From Candidatus Latescibacterota bacterium (GTDB taxonomy: Bacteria; Latescibacterota; UBA2968), in contig OZ220741.1 of the NCBI GenBank assembly GCA_965116885.1, positions 128,001 to 192,000 of the forward strand: DNA of 64,000 nucleotides. The letters run 5' to 3'. The notes under the pieces are model-generated. The model saw only the letters and a list, made by a program, of their open reading frames with translations, was not told where the DNA came from and did no database searches. The translations under genes were made by a program, and so were the position numbers. This document shows, one piece after another, positions 47,338-57,339 of the stretch; position 1 is the first letter of the stretch, and each line of letters opens with the position of its first letter.

Positions 47338-49884
47338 CTAATGCTCATGCCCGTGATCGTGCAGGGGCGTATGATCGTGATAAATACCGTGCTTGTGCAT
47401 CTGCTGGTGCAAGCGATTGTGCGCGGCCTCCAGCGTAGCGCGCATCTGTTTCAGACGCCTTGCTTCGGGTCGCGGAGCGAGCGTATCCAGATAGGCTATT
47501 GCCCCTTCGATCTGTTCCAAAACCGTCGTCGCATCCACCTGTGAAAAAATGGGCCTACCCTCCACAACCACCTGCACGGCACTCGTATGTGCGGCAATCT
47601 CCCCGTGCTGCCCCTTATAACTCCCGCGCACCCTCAGAGCAATCCACGTCGAATCCTCCACCCGTACCTCCGCACTCCCCGACGCAGACAGGCCCTTATC
47701 CACATTCACCTGCTCATGCGTCAGCCCGCCCACAACGACCTCGACCTGATCAATCGGCAAACGCACCGACGCCACCTCCCACGTCACATTGACCGTCCCG
47801 CCAGAGGAAGGCAACTCCACCCGTGAACCGGGCGCCTTCCCCTCCACCTGAATCTCCGCCAGAGGTCCCACCGTCACAAACGTATGACCCGCTTTTGTCT
47901 CCGCCATCCAGTTCTCATAGCTGAACTCGCGATCTCCCAGATGCGTATAAGTGCGCACCCCGCCGAGTTGCGATGCCGCCGCCATCTTATCCGACCCGCC
48001 CACAACCGGAATGTGGTATCCCAAATTCAAATAGCGGTACCAATCGGCAATCCCATAGGGATTGATCTGTGCATTGTGCGGATTAAACGTCATCATCTCC
48101 ATCGCGTGGATCAGACCCAGCACAATATCAGCCGCGCGTTCGCACTGCGGATTTGGGCCGTGCGGCATCACCACCAGTCCCCCCTGATCAATACACTGCT
48201 GCGCCCATTCCGCCATCGTCACCTCCTGCGCATCTCCCAGCGCGGATTCCGACGGTCCCCCCGAACACAGCGGATGAATCATAAGCCCCGAATACCCCAG
48301 CAGCGAAATATGCCCGAGCACCTGCATGCGATTCTCGGTGCCAACGCGCACGAGAAACTCGCCATCCCCACCAAAATCCCGCGCGCCAAAAGTCGTCTTA
48401 CCGTCAAAATCCGACACATTGCTGAACATTTCCCCCCACTGGCTCGCCAGCAAATTCACCACATTCACACCCTCGCCCTCGCCTTCCAGAAGCGCCGTTT
48501 GCGGACTCAAAAAATGCACATGCGTATCGGCTGTCACCCACCCTTTTTCCCGCCACTTGAGCACGCGATCAATCTCAAAAGTCACCACATCGGTATCGGG
48601 ACCAACCGTAAACTTTTCGCGAATCGGCGCAATCTCATACCCCTTCTGGATATCGACATACACATCGCCCAAAGGCAGATCTGCCACGCATTCCCCCGGA
48701 ATATAACAATACTGATTCATCCCATTGACATATTCGCCGTAATTATCCTCAAACCAGTGTGGATTCACCTTGCGATGATACCCCTTAGGCGGCAAATATT
48801 CCCCGGCCTCGCCGTGCATGTGCAACCGCACAGCAACCGGCGTCTCTGTCCCTTTCTCCACCACCCGAATTGCAACCGGACGAAGTGCGGACTGCACCTC
48901 GACAATCTCCCTTGCATCTGCCAGATCGTAACTCTGCACCTCGCCATCCCCCTCCACATCCACATAAAGCTTCCCCTGCGGGTGTGCGATATACTCGACA
49001 ACCACCTCAGAAGAAGACCGCTCGGGCTGCACATCCACCTCTGTGCTCAACCAGCGTTCCGCATCGTAATCCAGCACCGCCCGCGCCGACATCACCACAC
49101 CCAGATCAATATCTATATCTTCAAACTCGCCATTTCTGTTCAACTCCGCGCCCTCCGGCAATGCCAACTTCAATTTCTGGCGCACCCCCGGTCGCAGCGG
49201 ATGATCGGCGACCTGTGTATGCGTGATCCCCAGCACCAGCGACCGCTCGTTCCTGGAGACCAATGTCAGATGCCCAATGGGCTTTTCCGGATAGGGATTG
49301 GGCAACGCATAAACCCACAACTTTATGCGCCCGCCATCTCGTCCCGAACTGTGCCGCGTCTCTGCGCGACCATAAGCCGATGCAGGACGCCGTCCCAGAC
49401 CGTGTTCATCCGTCGCCCCCATCACAACCCCTGGTTTCGCCGCAGGCATCGCTGCAAATGCACTTGCCCCCCACCCAATACGAGACTGTTGAATCGCAAA
49501 CCGGCGCAAAATGCGCGTCGGCTCGGACGCTCCATCTTCATATTCCAACACGTAATCCGACACGTGATCGCCGAGTTCATTGCCATCCATAGCAAAATCG
49601 GCCAACCCCTCCTGATAATTACTCACGCGATTTTCGACCCCGTGCAAAAACACCACATAGCTCGCCTTCACACCGCCCATATCGACGCGCACAGCATCGC
49701 CATCGAGCAATATACCATTCGGTTCATCTGGCGCACCCAATTCAAAAGGCATACCCAGAATGGACTGACCACCATACATCGCACCCAAATCCTCGCCACC
49801 AAACCCATCCAATTGCACGCGATCCACATTGTAATTTTCCGCCAGCGAAACAGGCGTAAAATGTTCAGATGGGGGAATATTCAT
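47338..49884 (-). CDS. CehA/McbA family (PHP-like) metallohydrolase
   Basis: WVTADTHVH, GTENRM..GHISLLG, HGPNP, WYRYLNLG, GGSDKM, RTY, FVTVGP. Confidence 0.8.
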   Translation of the reverse strand: MNIPPSEHFTPVSLAENYNVDRVQLDGFGGEDLGAMYGGQSILGMPFELGAPDEPNGILLDGDAVRVDMGGVKASYVVFLHGVENRVSNYQEGLADFAMDGNELGDHVSDYVLEYEDGASEPTRILRRFAIQQSRIGWGASAFAAMPAAKPGVVMGATDEHGLGRRPASAYGRAETRHSSGRDGGRIKLWVYALPNPYPEKPIGHLTLVSRNERSLVLGITHTQVADHPLRPGVRQKLKLALPEGAELNRNGEFEDIDIDLGVVMSARAVLDYDAERWLSTEVDVQPERSSSEVVVEYIAHPQGKLYVDVEGDGEVQSYDLADAREIVEVQSALRPVAIRVVEKGTETPVAVRLHMHGEAGEYLPPKGYHRKVNPHWFEDNYGEYVNGMNQYCYIPGECVADLPLGDVYVDIQKGYEIAPIREKFTVGPDTDVVTFEIDRVLKWREKGWVTADTHVHFLSPQTALLEGEGEGVNVVNLLASQWGEMFSNVSDFDGKTTFGARDFGGDGEFLVRVGTENRMQVLGHISLLGYSGLMIHPLCSGGPSESALGDAQEVTMAEWAQQCIDQGGLVVMPHGPNPQCERAADIVLGLIHAMEMMTFNPHNAQINPYGIADWYRYLNLGYHIPVVGGSDKMAAASQLGGVRTYTHLGDREFSYENWMAETKAGHTFVTVGPLAEIQVEGKAPGSRVELPSSGGTVNVTWEVASVRLPIDQVEVVVGGLTHEQVNVDKGLSASGSAEVRVEDSTWIALRVRGSYKGQHGEIAAHTSAVQVVVEGRPIFSQVDATTVLEQIEGAIAYLDTLAPRPEARRLKQMRATLEAAHNRLHQQMHKHGIYHDHTPLHDHGHEH

Positions 49885-49896
49885 AGCACACCTCGT

Positions 49897-51765
49897 TTAA
49901 AAGAAATACCGCTCATTTTTCACCATCACCTCAAACTCCGCTCTCGCCTTCTGCACCTCTTCCACCGTCGAAACCTCGGCAACCGGCACATCCCACCAAC
50001 TCTCGTAGCCCGGCACGCGCACCTCGCGATCGACCTCCACCGCAATCACCGTCGTGCGATCCACAGATCGCGCCTCTTCAATCGCCCTCATCAACCCTTC
50101 TCTGCCCTCGGGCCGCAACACATAAGCACCCAAACTCTCGGCATTTGTCGCCAAATCGGTCGGCACATTTTCGCCATCCAATAGCCCCGTCCGCTCATCG
50201 CGCATCCTGTACTCTGTCCCAAACTCATCCGCCCCCACAGCATCCGACAACCCCCCGATACTCGCAAAACCGTGATTATCCAGCAGCACAATATTCAGCT
50301 TAATCCCCTCCTGCACCGCCGTCGCAATCTCCTGCGCCATCATCAAATACGACCCATCCCCAACCATCACATACACCTCCCGGGAGGGATCGGCCATCTT
50401 AATGCCCAGCCCTCCGGCAATCTCGTATCCCATGCACGAATATCCATACTCCAGGTGGTACCCCTTGGGATTGCGCGTCCGCCACAACTTGTGGAGATCG
50501 CCCGGCATACTGCCCGCTGCACAAATCATCACATCCTCCGGCGCCGAACCTTCATTCACCGCGCCAATCACTTCACCCTGACTCAAAATGGGCCGATGCC
50601 CCAAATTGTAAATGCGATCCACCTCGGCCTCCCACGCCTCCCGAAAAGCGGCAACCCGCTGTGTCAAATCCCCCGACACGCGATATCCCTGCACCGCTTC
50701 TGTCAATTCTTCCAATACCACCCGCGCATCGCCCACCAGCGGCAGCGCCCCGTGTTTGGCCGCGTCAAATTCCGCCACATTAATCGCGATAAATTTCACA
50801 TCTGGATTTTGAAACGCCGTCTTTGAAGCCGTCGTAAAATCGCTCAACCGCGTACCAATCGCGATCACCAGATCCGCTTCCCGCGCGACAATATTCGCCC
50901 CCGGTGTGCCCGTCACACCCACCGCACCCAGATTATTGGCGTGGTCGTAATTAAGCGACCCCTTGCCCGCCTGTGTCTCCCCCACTGGCATACCCGTCTG
51001 CTCGACAAATGCCGCCAGCGCATCTGTCGCCTCGCTGTACAACACGCCCCCGCCCGCAATCACCATCGGTTGCACACTCTCCCGAATCCACGCCGCTGCT
51101 TTTGACACCAGATCGCGATCCGGCCGGTTGCGCGGCACCACCCACACCCGTCTTTCAAACAACGCTTCGGGATAATCAAACGCCTCTGTCTGCGTATCCT
51201 GCGGACAACACAGCGTCACAGCACCCGTCTCAACAGGCGACGTCAAAACCCGCATCGCCTCGGGCAATGCCAAAATCGCCTGATCCGCCCGATTCAACCG
51301 ATCCCAGTACCGCGACACCGGCTTAAAACAATCATTCACAGAAATATCCTGCGACGCATTGGACTCCAACTGCTGCAACACAGGCGCCACATTTCGCCGC
51401 GCAAAAATATCACCCGGCAACAACAACACCGGCAAACGATTAATCGTCGCCGTTGCCGCGCCCGTCACCATATTCGTCGCCCCCGGTCCAATCGACGTCG
51501 TACACGCCAGCGTACCCAACCGATTCTTCATCTTGGCATAAGCCGCAGCCGTATGCACCATCGCCTGTTCATTGCGCGTCTGGTAATACCGAAACTCATC
51601 GCGATATTCATGCAGCGCCTGACCAATCCCCGCCACATTCCCATGCCCAAAAATACCCGACATCCCCGCAAAAAAGGGCTGTTCAACCCCATCGCGCGAA
51701 ACGTACTGCGCCCTCAAAAACTGAACAATCGCCTGTGCCATTGTCAATCGTCGCGTCTTTGCCAT
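49897..51765 (-). CDS. iolD: 3D-(3,5/4)-trihydroxycyclohexane-1,2-dione acylhydrolase (ThDP-dependent)
   Basis: RLTMAQA, GIFGHGNVAGIGQAL, RNEQAM, YHLEYGYSCMGYEIAG, GDGSYLM, ESWWDVPVAEVS. Confidence 0.95.
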   Translation of the reverse strand: MAKTRRLTMAQAIVQFLRAQYVSRDGVEQPFFAGMSGIFGHGNVAGIGQALHEYRDEFRYYQTRNEQAMVHTAAAYAKMKNRLGTLACTTSIGPGATNMVTGAATATINRLPVLLLPGDIFARRNVAPVLQQLESNASQDISVNDCFKPVSRYWDRLNRADQAILALPEAMRVLTSPVETGAVTLCCPQDTQTEAFDYPEALFERRVWVVPRNRPDRDLVSKAAAWIRESVQPMVIAGGGVLYSEATDALAAFVEQTGMPVGETQAGKGSLNYDHANNLGAVGVTGTPGANIVAREADLVIAIGTRLSDFTTASKTAFQNPDVKFIAINVAEFDAAKHGALPLVGDARVVLEELTEAVQGYRVSGDLTQRVAAFREAWEAEVDRIYNLGHRPILSQGEVIGAVNEGSAPEDVMICAAGSMPGDLHKLWRTRNPKGYHLEYGYSCMGYEIAGGLGIKMADPSREVYVMVGDGSYLMMAQEIATAVQEGIKLNIVLLDNHGFASIGGLSDAVGADEFGTEYRMRDERTGLLDGENVPTDLATNAESLGAYVLRPEGREGLMRAIEEARSVDRTTVIAVEVDREVRVPGYESWWDVPVAEVSTVEEVQKARAEFEVMVKNERYFF

Positions 51766-51783
51766 GTTATGCCTCGTGAATAA

Positions 51784-51819
51784 AATCAACGAATCAACGA
51801 ATCAACGAATCAACGAATC
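51784..51819. repeat. Tandem 8-mer (AATCAACG) x4.5
   Basis: Read directly from the sequence. Confidence 0.95.
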
Positions 51820-51852
51820 CCGCCCATCCTCCCAAAATCAGTGCGTATCGCC

Positions 51853-51945
51853 ATTCGTCTATTCGTCTATTCGTCTATTCGTCTATTCGTCTATTCGTCT
51901 ATTCGTCTATTCGTCTATTCGTCTATTCGTCTATTCGTCTATTCG
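51853..51945. repeat. Tandem 8-mer (ATTCGTCT) x11.6
   Basis: Read directly from the sequence; includes the stop codon of the upstream PhyH gene. Confidence 0.97.
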
Positions 51946-52707
51946 CACATCCGGTCGATCGTGTACGCCGGGAGACGCTAAAATCCGCTTCTGTTGCTCG
52001 GTCAACCCCTCATAAACCGAACTATCGTACCCCTTTGGCGCGGAAATCAAATGCCCCGGACCGTATTTGTAAAGCAACACCCTGCGCTCGTGGTCTGCCC
52101 GCCACGGCAATGTGCCGTGTACCAGAGCCTCCGTAAAAAAAATCGCATCCCCCGCCTTTGCCTCGGGTTGCACAACATAGTGCGGAACCCGATCAAACCG
52201 CTGCACATCGCGCGGCAAATCCATCCTGAAATTGCTCTTGTGACTACCCCGCACACAGGCAAAACCCCCATCCCCCGCATCGGCGTCCGACAACACATAC
52301 GTCAACACCGACAAACCACACTGCATCACGCCATCTCGATACCTGTAATAATGGTGAAACAAATCCGGCTTGCCGCCGTGCAAACTGCCTCGCTTCCCAT
52401 TCTTCAGCATAAAAATGGCATAATCGTGATCCAGGCGGAACTTCGGTCCCAGCAAGTCAACGAGATAAGGCAACACTTTGGGATGATCGATTAAATCCCG
52501 ACACGCCACATCCCAATCTATAATACTCGGCGCGCGGCGCACACCTCTGGCATTGCCAAATTCGTTATCCGCCTCCACATCCCCGTAATCCCTGGGAAAC
52601 GCTCTATCCGACACCGCATTGAGCACATCCAATTCCTCGCGGCTCAACACATCTTTAATCACCAGATACCCATCGAGGTCAAACATAAACTTTTCTTCTG
52701 GGGTCAT
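51931..52707 (-). CDS. Phytanoyl-CoA dioxygenase (PhyH) family protein
   Basis: FDLDGYLVIKDVL, LHGG, GGFACVRGSHKSN, GDAIFFTEALVHGTLPW. Confidence 0.88.
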   Translation of the reverse strand: MTPEEKFMFDLDGYLVIKDVLSREELDVLNAVSDRAFPRDYGDVEADNEFGNARGVRRAPSIIDWDVACRDLIDHPKVLPYLVDLLGPKFRLDHDYAIFMLKNGKRGSLHGGKPDLFHHYYRYRDGVMQCGLSVLTYVLSDADAGDGGFACVRGSHKSNFRMDLPRDVQRFDRVPHYVVQPEAKAGDAIFFTEALVHGTLPWRADHERRVLLYKYGPGHLISAPKGYDSSVYEGLTEQQKRILASPGVHDRPDVRIDE

Positions 52708-52718
52708 ATCGCATACTC

Positions 52719-53855
52719 CTATCTATAGGGCAATGGCCTGGGATCGAGCCATTCAACAACTCGATCTTTAATCGCCCATGCAAAAAAGAAATTTCCGCGC
52801 GGCGTGTGATGTCCAATATAATACGGTTCCAAAAACGCCTGCACATCCCCCCGATATGTCGCGTACGCCTCCCGAAAAGCATCGCGTAAATCGATCACAG
52901 GCACATCCTTTGTCGCCAACCAATCCAAAAACGTCTGGTCAAAAAGCGGCTCGCCTTCTAATGCCCGAGCTATATTACTCGAACCAAATGACAAAATCAC
53001 CAGCAACTTTTTCCCATTGGCCTTTTTAAAAGCCTCGGCCTTTTCAATCACAAACCGCGTCGCAAACAAAGCCGCCTCGGTATGCAAGCTATAAACCTCG
53101 GCATCCGATTCCGCATTCTCGAGTTCTCCCCCCATACTTTGTGCCATAGCCGACGCATCTTCCGCACTGCCTCTGCGCGCCATAGCCGCATGCAAAATTG
53201 GATCATCGCCAAAAGTCTCCCACACCCAATCCACATCGCACAACCGATAGAGTTCCTCGGGCGTCTTGCACAAATTCTCGCGCTCTTCCACAATGCCACT
53301 TTCCAGATTCACGCGCAAATGCGGCAGCGTAAACCGCCCCTGTCGTCCCATGCGAATGGACCGCCACGCATCCAAATTGCGAAAGTGATCGTCATCCCAC
53401 ACATTCAAAATCACGTACTCGGCGGGATACTCCCGCTCCACAATCAACATTCGGCGATACGCCTGATACACACTGTGCCCACCAATGCCGTAATTGCGAA
53501 CAGGTTCCAGCAAATGCGCTGCCAAATACTCCTGCCACGTCTCCCCATTGCTCACCTGATCGCAATGCGTAAAACTATTCCCATACGTATGAATACGACA
53601 CGGGCGATCCGCATAATTGACCACCTGCCGCGCACCATCTTTCTCATAAGCGTAAAACCCGCGCGAATCATCCACACCACCCCCGCGAAACCCATCGCAA
53701 ACCACCCATCCGATCTCGGGATCAAACGCCGACTGTGCATTATTGCACATAATCCGCGCCAACTCCGCTGGCACATCTGCCCTCACAGGCGTCACAAAAT
53801 GATCCACCATCTCGCGCGTCGGCATAATCGACTCCAAATATTCGCGTCCTGTCAT
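52719..53855 (-). CDS. Hypothetical protein, SGNH-hydrolase-like
   Basis: YGNSFT (GDS-like), NYGIGGHSVYQ, GHHTPRGN. Confidence 0.6.
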   Translation of the reverse strand: MTGREYLESIMPTREMVDHFVTPVRADVPAELARIMCNNAQSAFDPEIGWVVCDGFRGGGVDDSRGFYAYEKDGARQVVNYADRPCRIHTYGNSFTHCDQVSNGETWQEYLAAHLLEPVRNYGIGGHSVYQAYRRMLIVEREYPAEYVILNVWDDDHFRNLDAWRSIRMGRQGRFTLPHLRVNLESGIVEERENLCKTPEELYRLCDVDWVWETFGDDPILHAAMARRGSAEDASAMAQSMGGELENAESDAEVYSLHTEAALFATRFVIEKAEAFKKANGKKLLVILSFGSSNIARALEGEPLFDQTFLDWLATKDVPVIDLRDAFREAYATYRGDVQAFLEPYYIGHHTPRGNFFFAWAIKDRVVEWLDPRPLPYR

Positions 53856-53876
53856 CGCCAAATCCTCGTATCTTTC

Positions 53877-53895
53877 ACAGGGGCACCGCCCCTAC
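53877..53895 (-). repeat. GTAG-type REP-like palindrome
   Basis: Minus strand GTAG-GGGC-GGT-GCCCC-TGT. Confidence 0.55.
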
Positions 53896-53902
53896 GTTCT
53901 TT

Positions 53903-53979
53903 CCTTCGTGTTTCTTAGTGTACTTAGTGGATGTCACATCTCACGCCTTTCATCTGCGTCCATCTGCGTGCATCTGCGG
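53903..53979. repeat. Two short tandem repeats: CTT(C/A)GTG x3 and CATCTGCG x3 (10 bp period)
   Basis: ccttcgtgtttcttagtgtacttagtgg and catctgcgtccatctgcgtgcatctgcgg. Confidence 0.75.
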
Positions 53980-54465
53980 ATCGTCTCGCTTCCTGATCAA
54001 TCGCGCCGGTGTGCCTCCAACCACCGAATACGGCGCCACATCGCGCGTCACAACCGCGCCCGCGCCCACAATACTATGCGCACCAATGCGCACCCCGCCA
54101 ATAACCACGGCATTGGCGCCAAACCACACATCATCCTCCACGACAATCTCCCGCTTTTGCACCCTTTGTTTCACCATCGGAATATCGATTCGATCATACC
54201 CATGCCCCACACTCGCAAAAACCACATGTGCCGCCACCGCCACATAATTGCCAATGGTCAAAGGCCCGTACAACACGCTATATGGCGCAAAATGCGTATG
54301 ACTGCCAATATCGACCCACGCCCCACAGGGATTCACAAACACCCCATTGTGAAACGCCACATCATCGCCAACACGCACCAATTCTGGATGCCGGATATCG
54401 ACCAGCGGATCAAAATGAACCGACTCTCCAATCGCCTTAAATGCCGATCTGTCTATCTCTAACAT
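53950..54465 (-). CDS. Hexapeptide-repeat (LbH) acyltransferase
   Basis: IVVEDDVWFGANAVVIGGVRIGAHSIVGAGAVVTRDV..VVGGTPAR. Confidence 0.92.
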   Translation of the reverse strand: MLEIDRSAFKAIGESVHFDPLVDIRHPELVRVGDDVAFHNGVFVNPCGAWVDIGSHTHFAPYSVLYGPLTIGNYVAVAAHVVFASVGHGYDRIDIPMVKQRVQKREIVVEDDVWFGANAVVIGGVRIGAHSIVGAGAVVTRDVAPYSVVGGTPARLIRKRDDPQMHADGRR

Positions 54466-54681
54466 AAGAATTCCCCTCCGCACACAGATTAATCAATTAC
54501 AGGACGTGATGCAATGGTATTTACCCCTGCATAAAGCCCGGTGAAATTCACCGCTGTCTCTTTTTAAAAGTTCTACATACCACGCGCTATTGCCGGACAA
54601 TCTCTGTTGTCTAAGGAAGGTTGCCGACCTATATTTCGGCATTGCCGCGCCCTTATATCACAATAATTACACGAGGCTTTT

Positions 54682-57339
54682 ATGAAGTTCCTGATATTTT
54701 TGTTTTTCGCGCCTGCAACCCTATCTGCCGCTGTGCTCAGCGGCCAGGTGCGCGATGAGAAAACCGGGGAATCGCTGTTCGGCGCAAATGTTTATTTGGA
54801 AACGCACGCGGGGGGAACAGCCACAGACCTCGATGGAAATTTTGCGATTCCCAATGTCAGCGAGGGTAGCCACACGCTCGTCATCAGCTTTGTGGGCTAT
54901 AAGGAATATCGCGATACCGTCACAGTAAAAGAGGGAATGGGTGCGTTGGTTGTAGCGCTAACGCCCGAAGCTGTGCAATTTGAAGAGGTCGTTGTGAGCG
55001 CGGCGCGCGCCAAATTGCGCGAAACGCCCATTGCGTTCTCCGATGTGCCAAAATCCGACATAGACCGCAAACTCGGCTCTCGCAGTCTGCCGATGCTTTT
55101 GAACGATACGCCGGGCGTTTATGCGACCGAGCAAGGCGGTGGCGATGGCGATTCACGCATCAATGTGCGGGGGTTTGACCAGCGCAACATCGCCGTCATG
55201 GTCAATGGCGTACCAGTCAACAATATGGAAACCGGGTGGGTCTATTGGGTTGACTGGGATGTTCTCAGCGATGTGACATCGTCCATACAGGTACAGCGCG
55301 GATTGGGCGCCTCAAATTTGGCGATAGCCTCGGTGGGGGGCACGTTGAATATTATTACCGATGCCGCCCGTCAACAGCGCGGATTTAAGATCAAACAGGA
55401 AGCCGCGACCAGTGCCTATTACAAAACCACGGTCAATTTTTCATCGGGCTTACTCAATGAAAAAACCGCGATGAGCACGGGCATTTCACGCAAAGTTGGC
55501 AATGGCATACCCGATCAAACGTGGACAGAAGGGTGGGCGTATTTCGGAGCATTGAGCTTTCTGGCCTCTGAAACACACAAATTCGAGTTGTTTGTCGTGG
55601 GTACGCCACAACGCCACGGGCACCGCCTGTTCAAGCAGTCCATTGGCACTTTTGACGCCGATTATGCGCGGTCTTTGGGCGCGGTCGCAACAGATGCAAA
55701 AAATTACGGGGTCAATTACAACCCCAACTGGGGATATTCGCCATTTTCATCTTATCGAGAATTTTTTAACGGCAAGGTGCGCGACGCGCGCGACAACGCG
55801 ACCATTATGGAACGCGAGAACTACTATCACAAAACACAAGCCAATTTGAACTGGTATTGGATACCCAACGATCGGTTTGTGTTGTCCAATGTCTTTTATT
55901 GGGCGCGCGGCAAGGGCGGAGGCCTGGGGCGCCTGGGCGTCAATCCGGGAATTAGGGCAGACGGCAGCATCGACTGGCAGCACGCGGTGGATGAGTTGAA
56001 CACGGAACCCGCATCGCGAGCCAATCCCGACCTGGTGCTTGCAGGCGAAGTCGGAGCCTTTGAGATTGCGGCAAAGACCATTATGCGCAATACGGGCAGC
56101 CTGCAATACTATTACGGATATTTGGGCACGGGCGAATACGCGCTAACGCCTGCCTATAAGCTCGCCTTTGGCATTGATTTGCGCGGCTATGAGGGACAGC
56201 ACTGGCGCGAAGTGCGAAATTTGATAGGGGCAGATTATTACGTTTTTACAGGAGACAGCAATGCCGCGACTTCTGTGAAACGCCTTGGAGACAGGATCGC
56301 ATATCACACCGATGGTCTGACGCGCTGGGGGGGCGGGTTTGTTCAAATCGAAAGACAGGTGAATGACTTTACGGCATTTTTGAGCACATCGGCATCCATA
56401 ACAGCTTATAAGCGCATCGACTATTTCCGCGCCAGGGTCAATGGGGAATGGGATCAGACAGATTGGAAAAGCTTTGGAGGCTATACGCTCAAGGCGGGGG
56501 GCAATTACAATATAACCCCTACGGTCAATGTGTATGCCAATATGGGCTGGCTTTCAACAGCCCCCAAATTTGGATCGGTTTATCACTACGACAACAGCCT
56601 CTACGACCCCACCTTCAATGAAAAAGTAGCGTCTTTTGAGTTGGGCGCAGGCTATCTCAAACGCGGGGTGATAACCGGAAACGTAAACTTCTATTACACC
56701 AAATGGATCGACCGCTCGTGGCCCAAGAGCGTTTACAGCGCAAAGCTCGACCAGAACTTTCGGTTTTTGCTCAGCGGCATTGACGCGCGGCACACAGGTA
56801 TAGAATTCGACGTCAAGGCGCGCCCCCATCCCAGGTTGGAGGTGCGCAGCCTGGTCTCATTCGGCAACTGGGAATGGCTCAACGATGCGCGCGCCACATT
56901 TTTTCCCGAAGAAGATCCATTGGTTGCAGACACGTTTCAAGTCTATGCCAATGGATTGAAGGTAGGCGACTCGGCGCAAAAAACCCTTGCGCTGAGCAGC
57001 ACGGTATTTCCCATGCGCGGGCTTTACACCACGCTGAGTTTGAGGCGATTTATGGATCACTACGCCAAATTCGATCCCGCCAACCGAACAGATCCCGATG
57101 ACCGCCAGCAATCGTGGAAGGTGCCAAATTACAATTTGGCTGATCTCCACGCGGGTTACATCCTGCCCGGCAATACATTTGGCAATGGCAAAGTAAAACT
57201 GCAATTGCACATCTTCAATTTGTTCGACGCGCGCTATATTTCCGATGCAGACGATGGCGACAACCACGACGCCTCAACCGCGCTCGTCTTCCTAGGTCTG
57301 TCCCGCCGATGGAATATTTCGTTATCCTACGATTATTAA
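54682..57339 (+). CDS. TonB-dependent receptor
   Basis: Signal peptide, GESLFGANV, GGGDGDSRINVRGFDQRNIAVMVNGVPVN, IQVQRGLGAS, C-terminal aromatic residue. Confidence 0.92.
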   Translation: MKFLIFLFFAPATLSAAVLSGQVRDEKTGESLFGANVYLETHAGGTATDLDGNFAIPNVSEGSHTLVISFVGYKEYRDTVTVKEGMGALVVALTPEAVQFEEVVVSAARAKLRETPIAFSDVPKSDIDRKLGSRSLPMLLNDTPGVYATEQGGGDGDSRINVRGFDQRNIAVMVNGVPVNNMETGWVYWVDWDVLSDVTSSIQVQRGLGASNLAIASVGGTLNIITDAARQQRGFKIKQEAATSAYYKTTVNFSSGLLNEKTAMSTGISRKVGNGIPDQTWTEGWAYFGALSFLASETHKFELFVVGTPQRHGHRLFKQSIGTFDADYARSLGAVATDAKNYGVNYNPNWGYSPFSSYREFFNGKVRDARDNATIMERENYYHKTQANLNWYWIPNDRFVLSNVFYWARGKGGGLGRLGVNPGIRADGSIDWQHAVDELNTEPASRANPDLVLAGEVGAFEIAAKTIMRNTGSLQYYYGYLGTGEYALTPAYKLAFGIDLRGYEGQHWREVRNLIGADYYVFTGDSNAATSVKRLGDRIAYHTDGLTRWGGGFVQIERQVNDFTAFLSTSASITAYKRIDYFRARVNGEWDQTDWKSFGGYTLKAGGNYNITPTVNVYANMGWLSTAPKFGSVYHYDNSLYDPTFNEKVASFELGAGYLKRGVITGNVNFYYTKWIDRSWPKSVYSAKLDQNFRFLLSGIDARHTGIEFDVKARPHPRLEVRSLVSFGNWEWLNDARATFFPEEDPLVADTFQVYANGLKVGDSAQKTLALSSTVFPMRGLYTTLSLRRFMDHYAKFDPANRTDPDDRQQSWKVPNYNLADLHAGYILPGNTFGNGKVKLQLHIFNLFDARYISDADDGDNHDASTALVFLGLSRRWNISLSYDY

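Noticed and set aside
47884..50184. 766 aa plus-strand ORF (also 18837-20363, 57309-58865, 747-1586 and similar)
   Set aside because: Antisense shadows of well-supported minus-strand genes; His/Arg/Pro-rich, no motifs, explained by codon bias
51853..51945. Possible CRISPR array
   Set aside because: Contiguous 8-mer units with no spacers, and no cas genes in the window
51764..52015. ORF with repeated SSIRLFVY peptide
   Set aside because: Translation of the tandem DNA repeats; no RBS or independent coding evidence
54500..54640. Cobalamin riboswitch upstream of the TonB receptor (CCGGTGAAATTC, GGAAGG)
   Set aside because: Lacks the GGGAA, GCAACTGT/GCCACTG and AGYCAG-AGACC elements in correct order; only fragmentary resemblance
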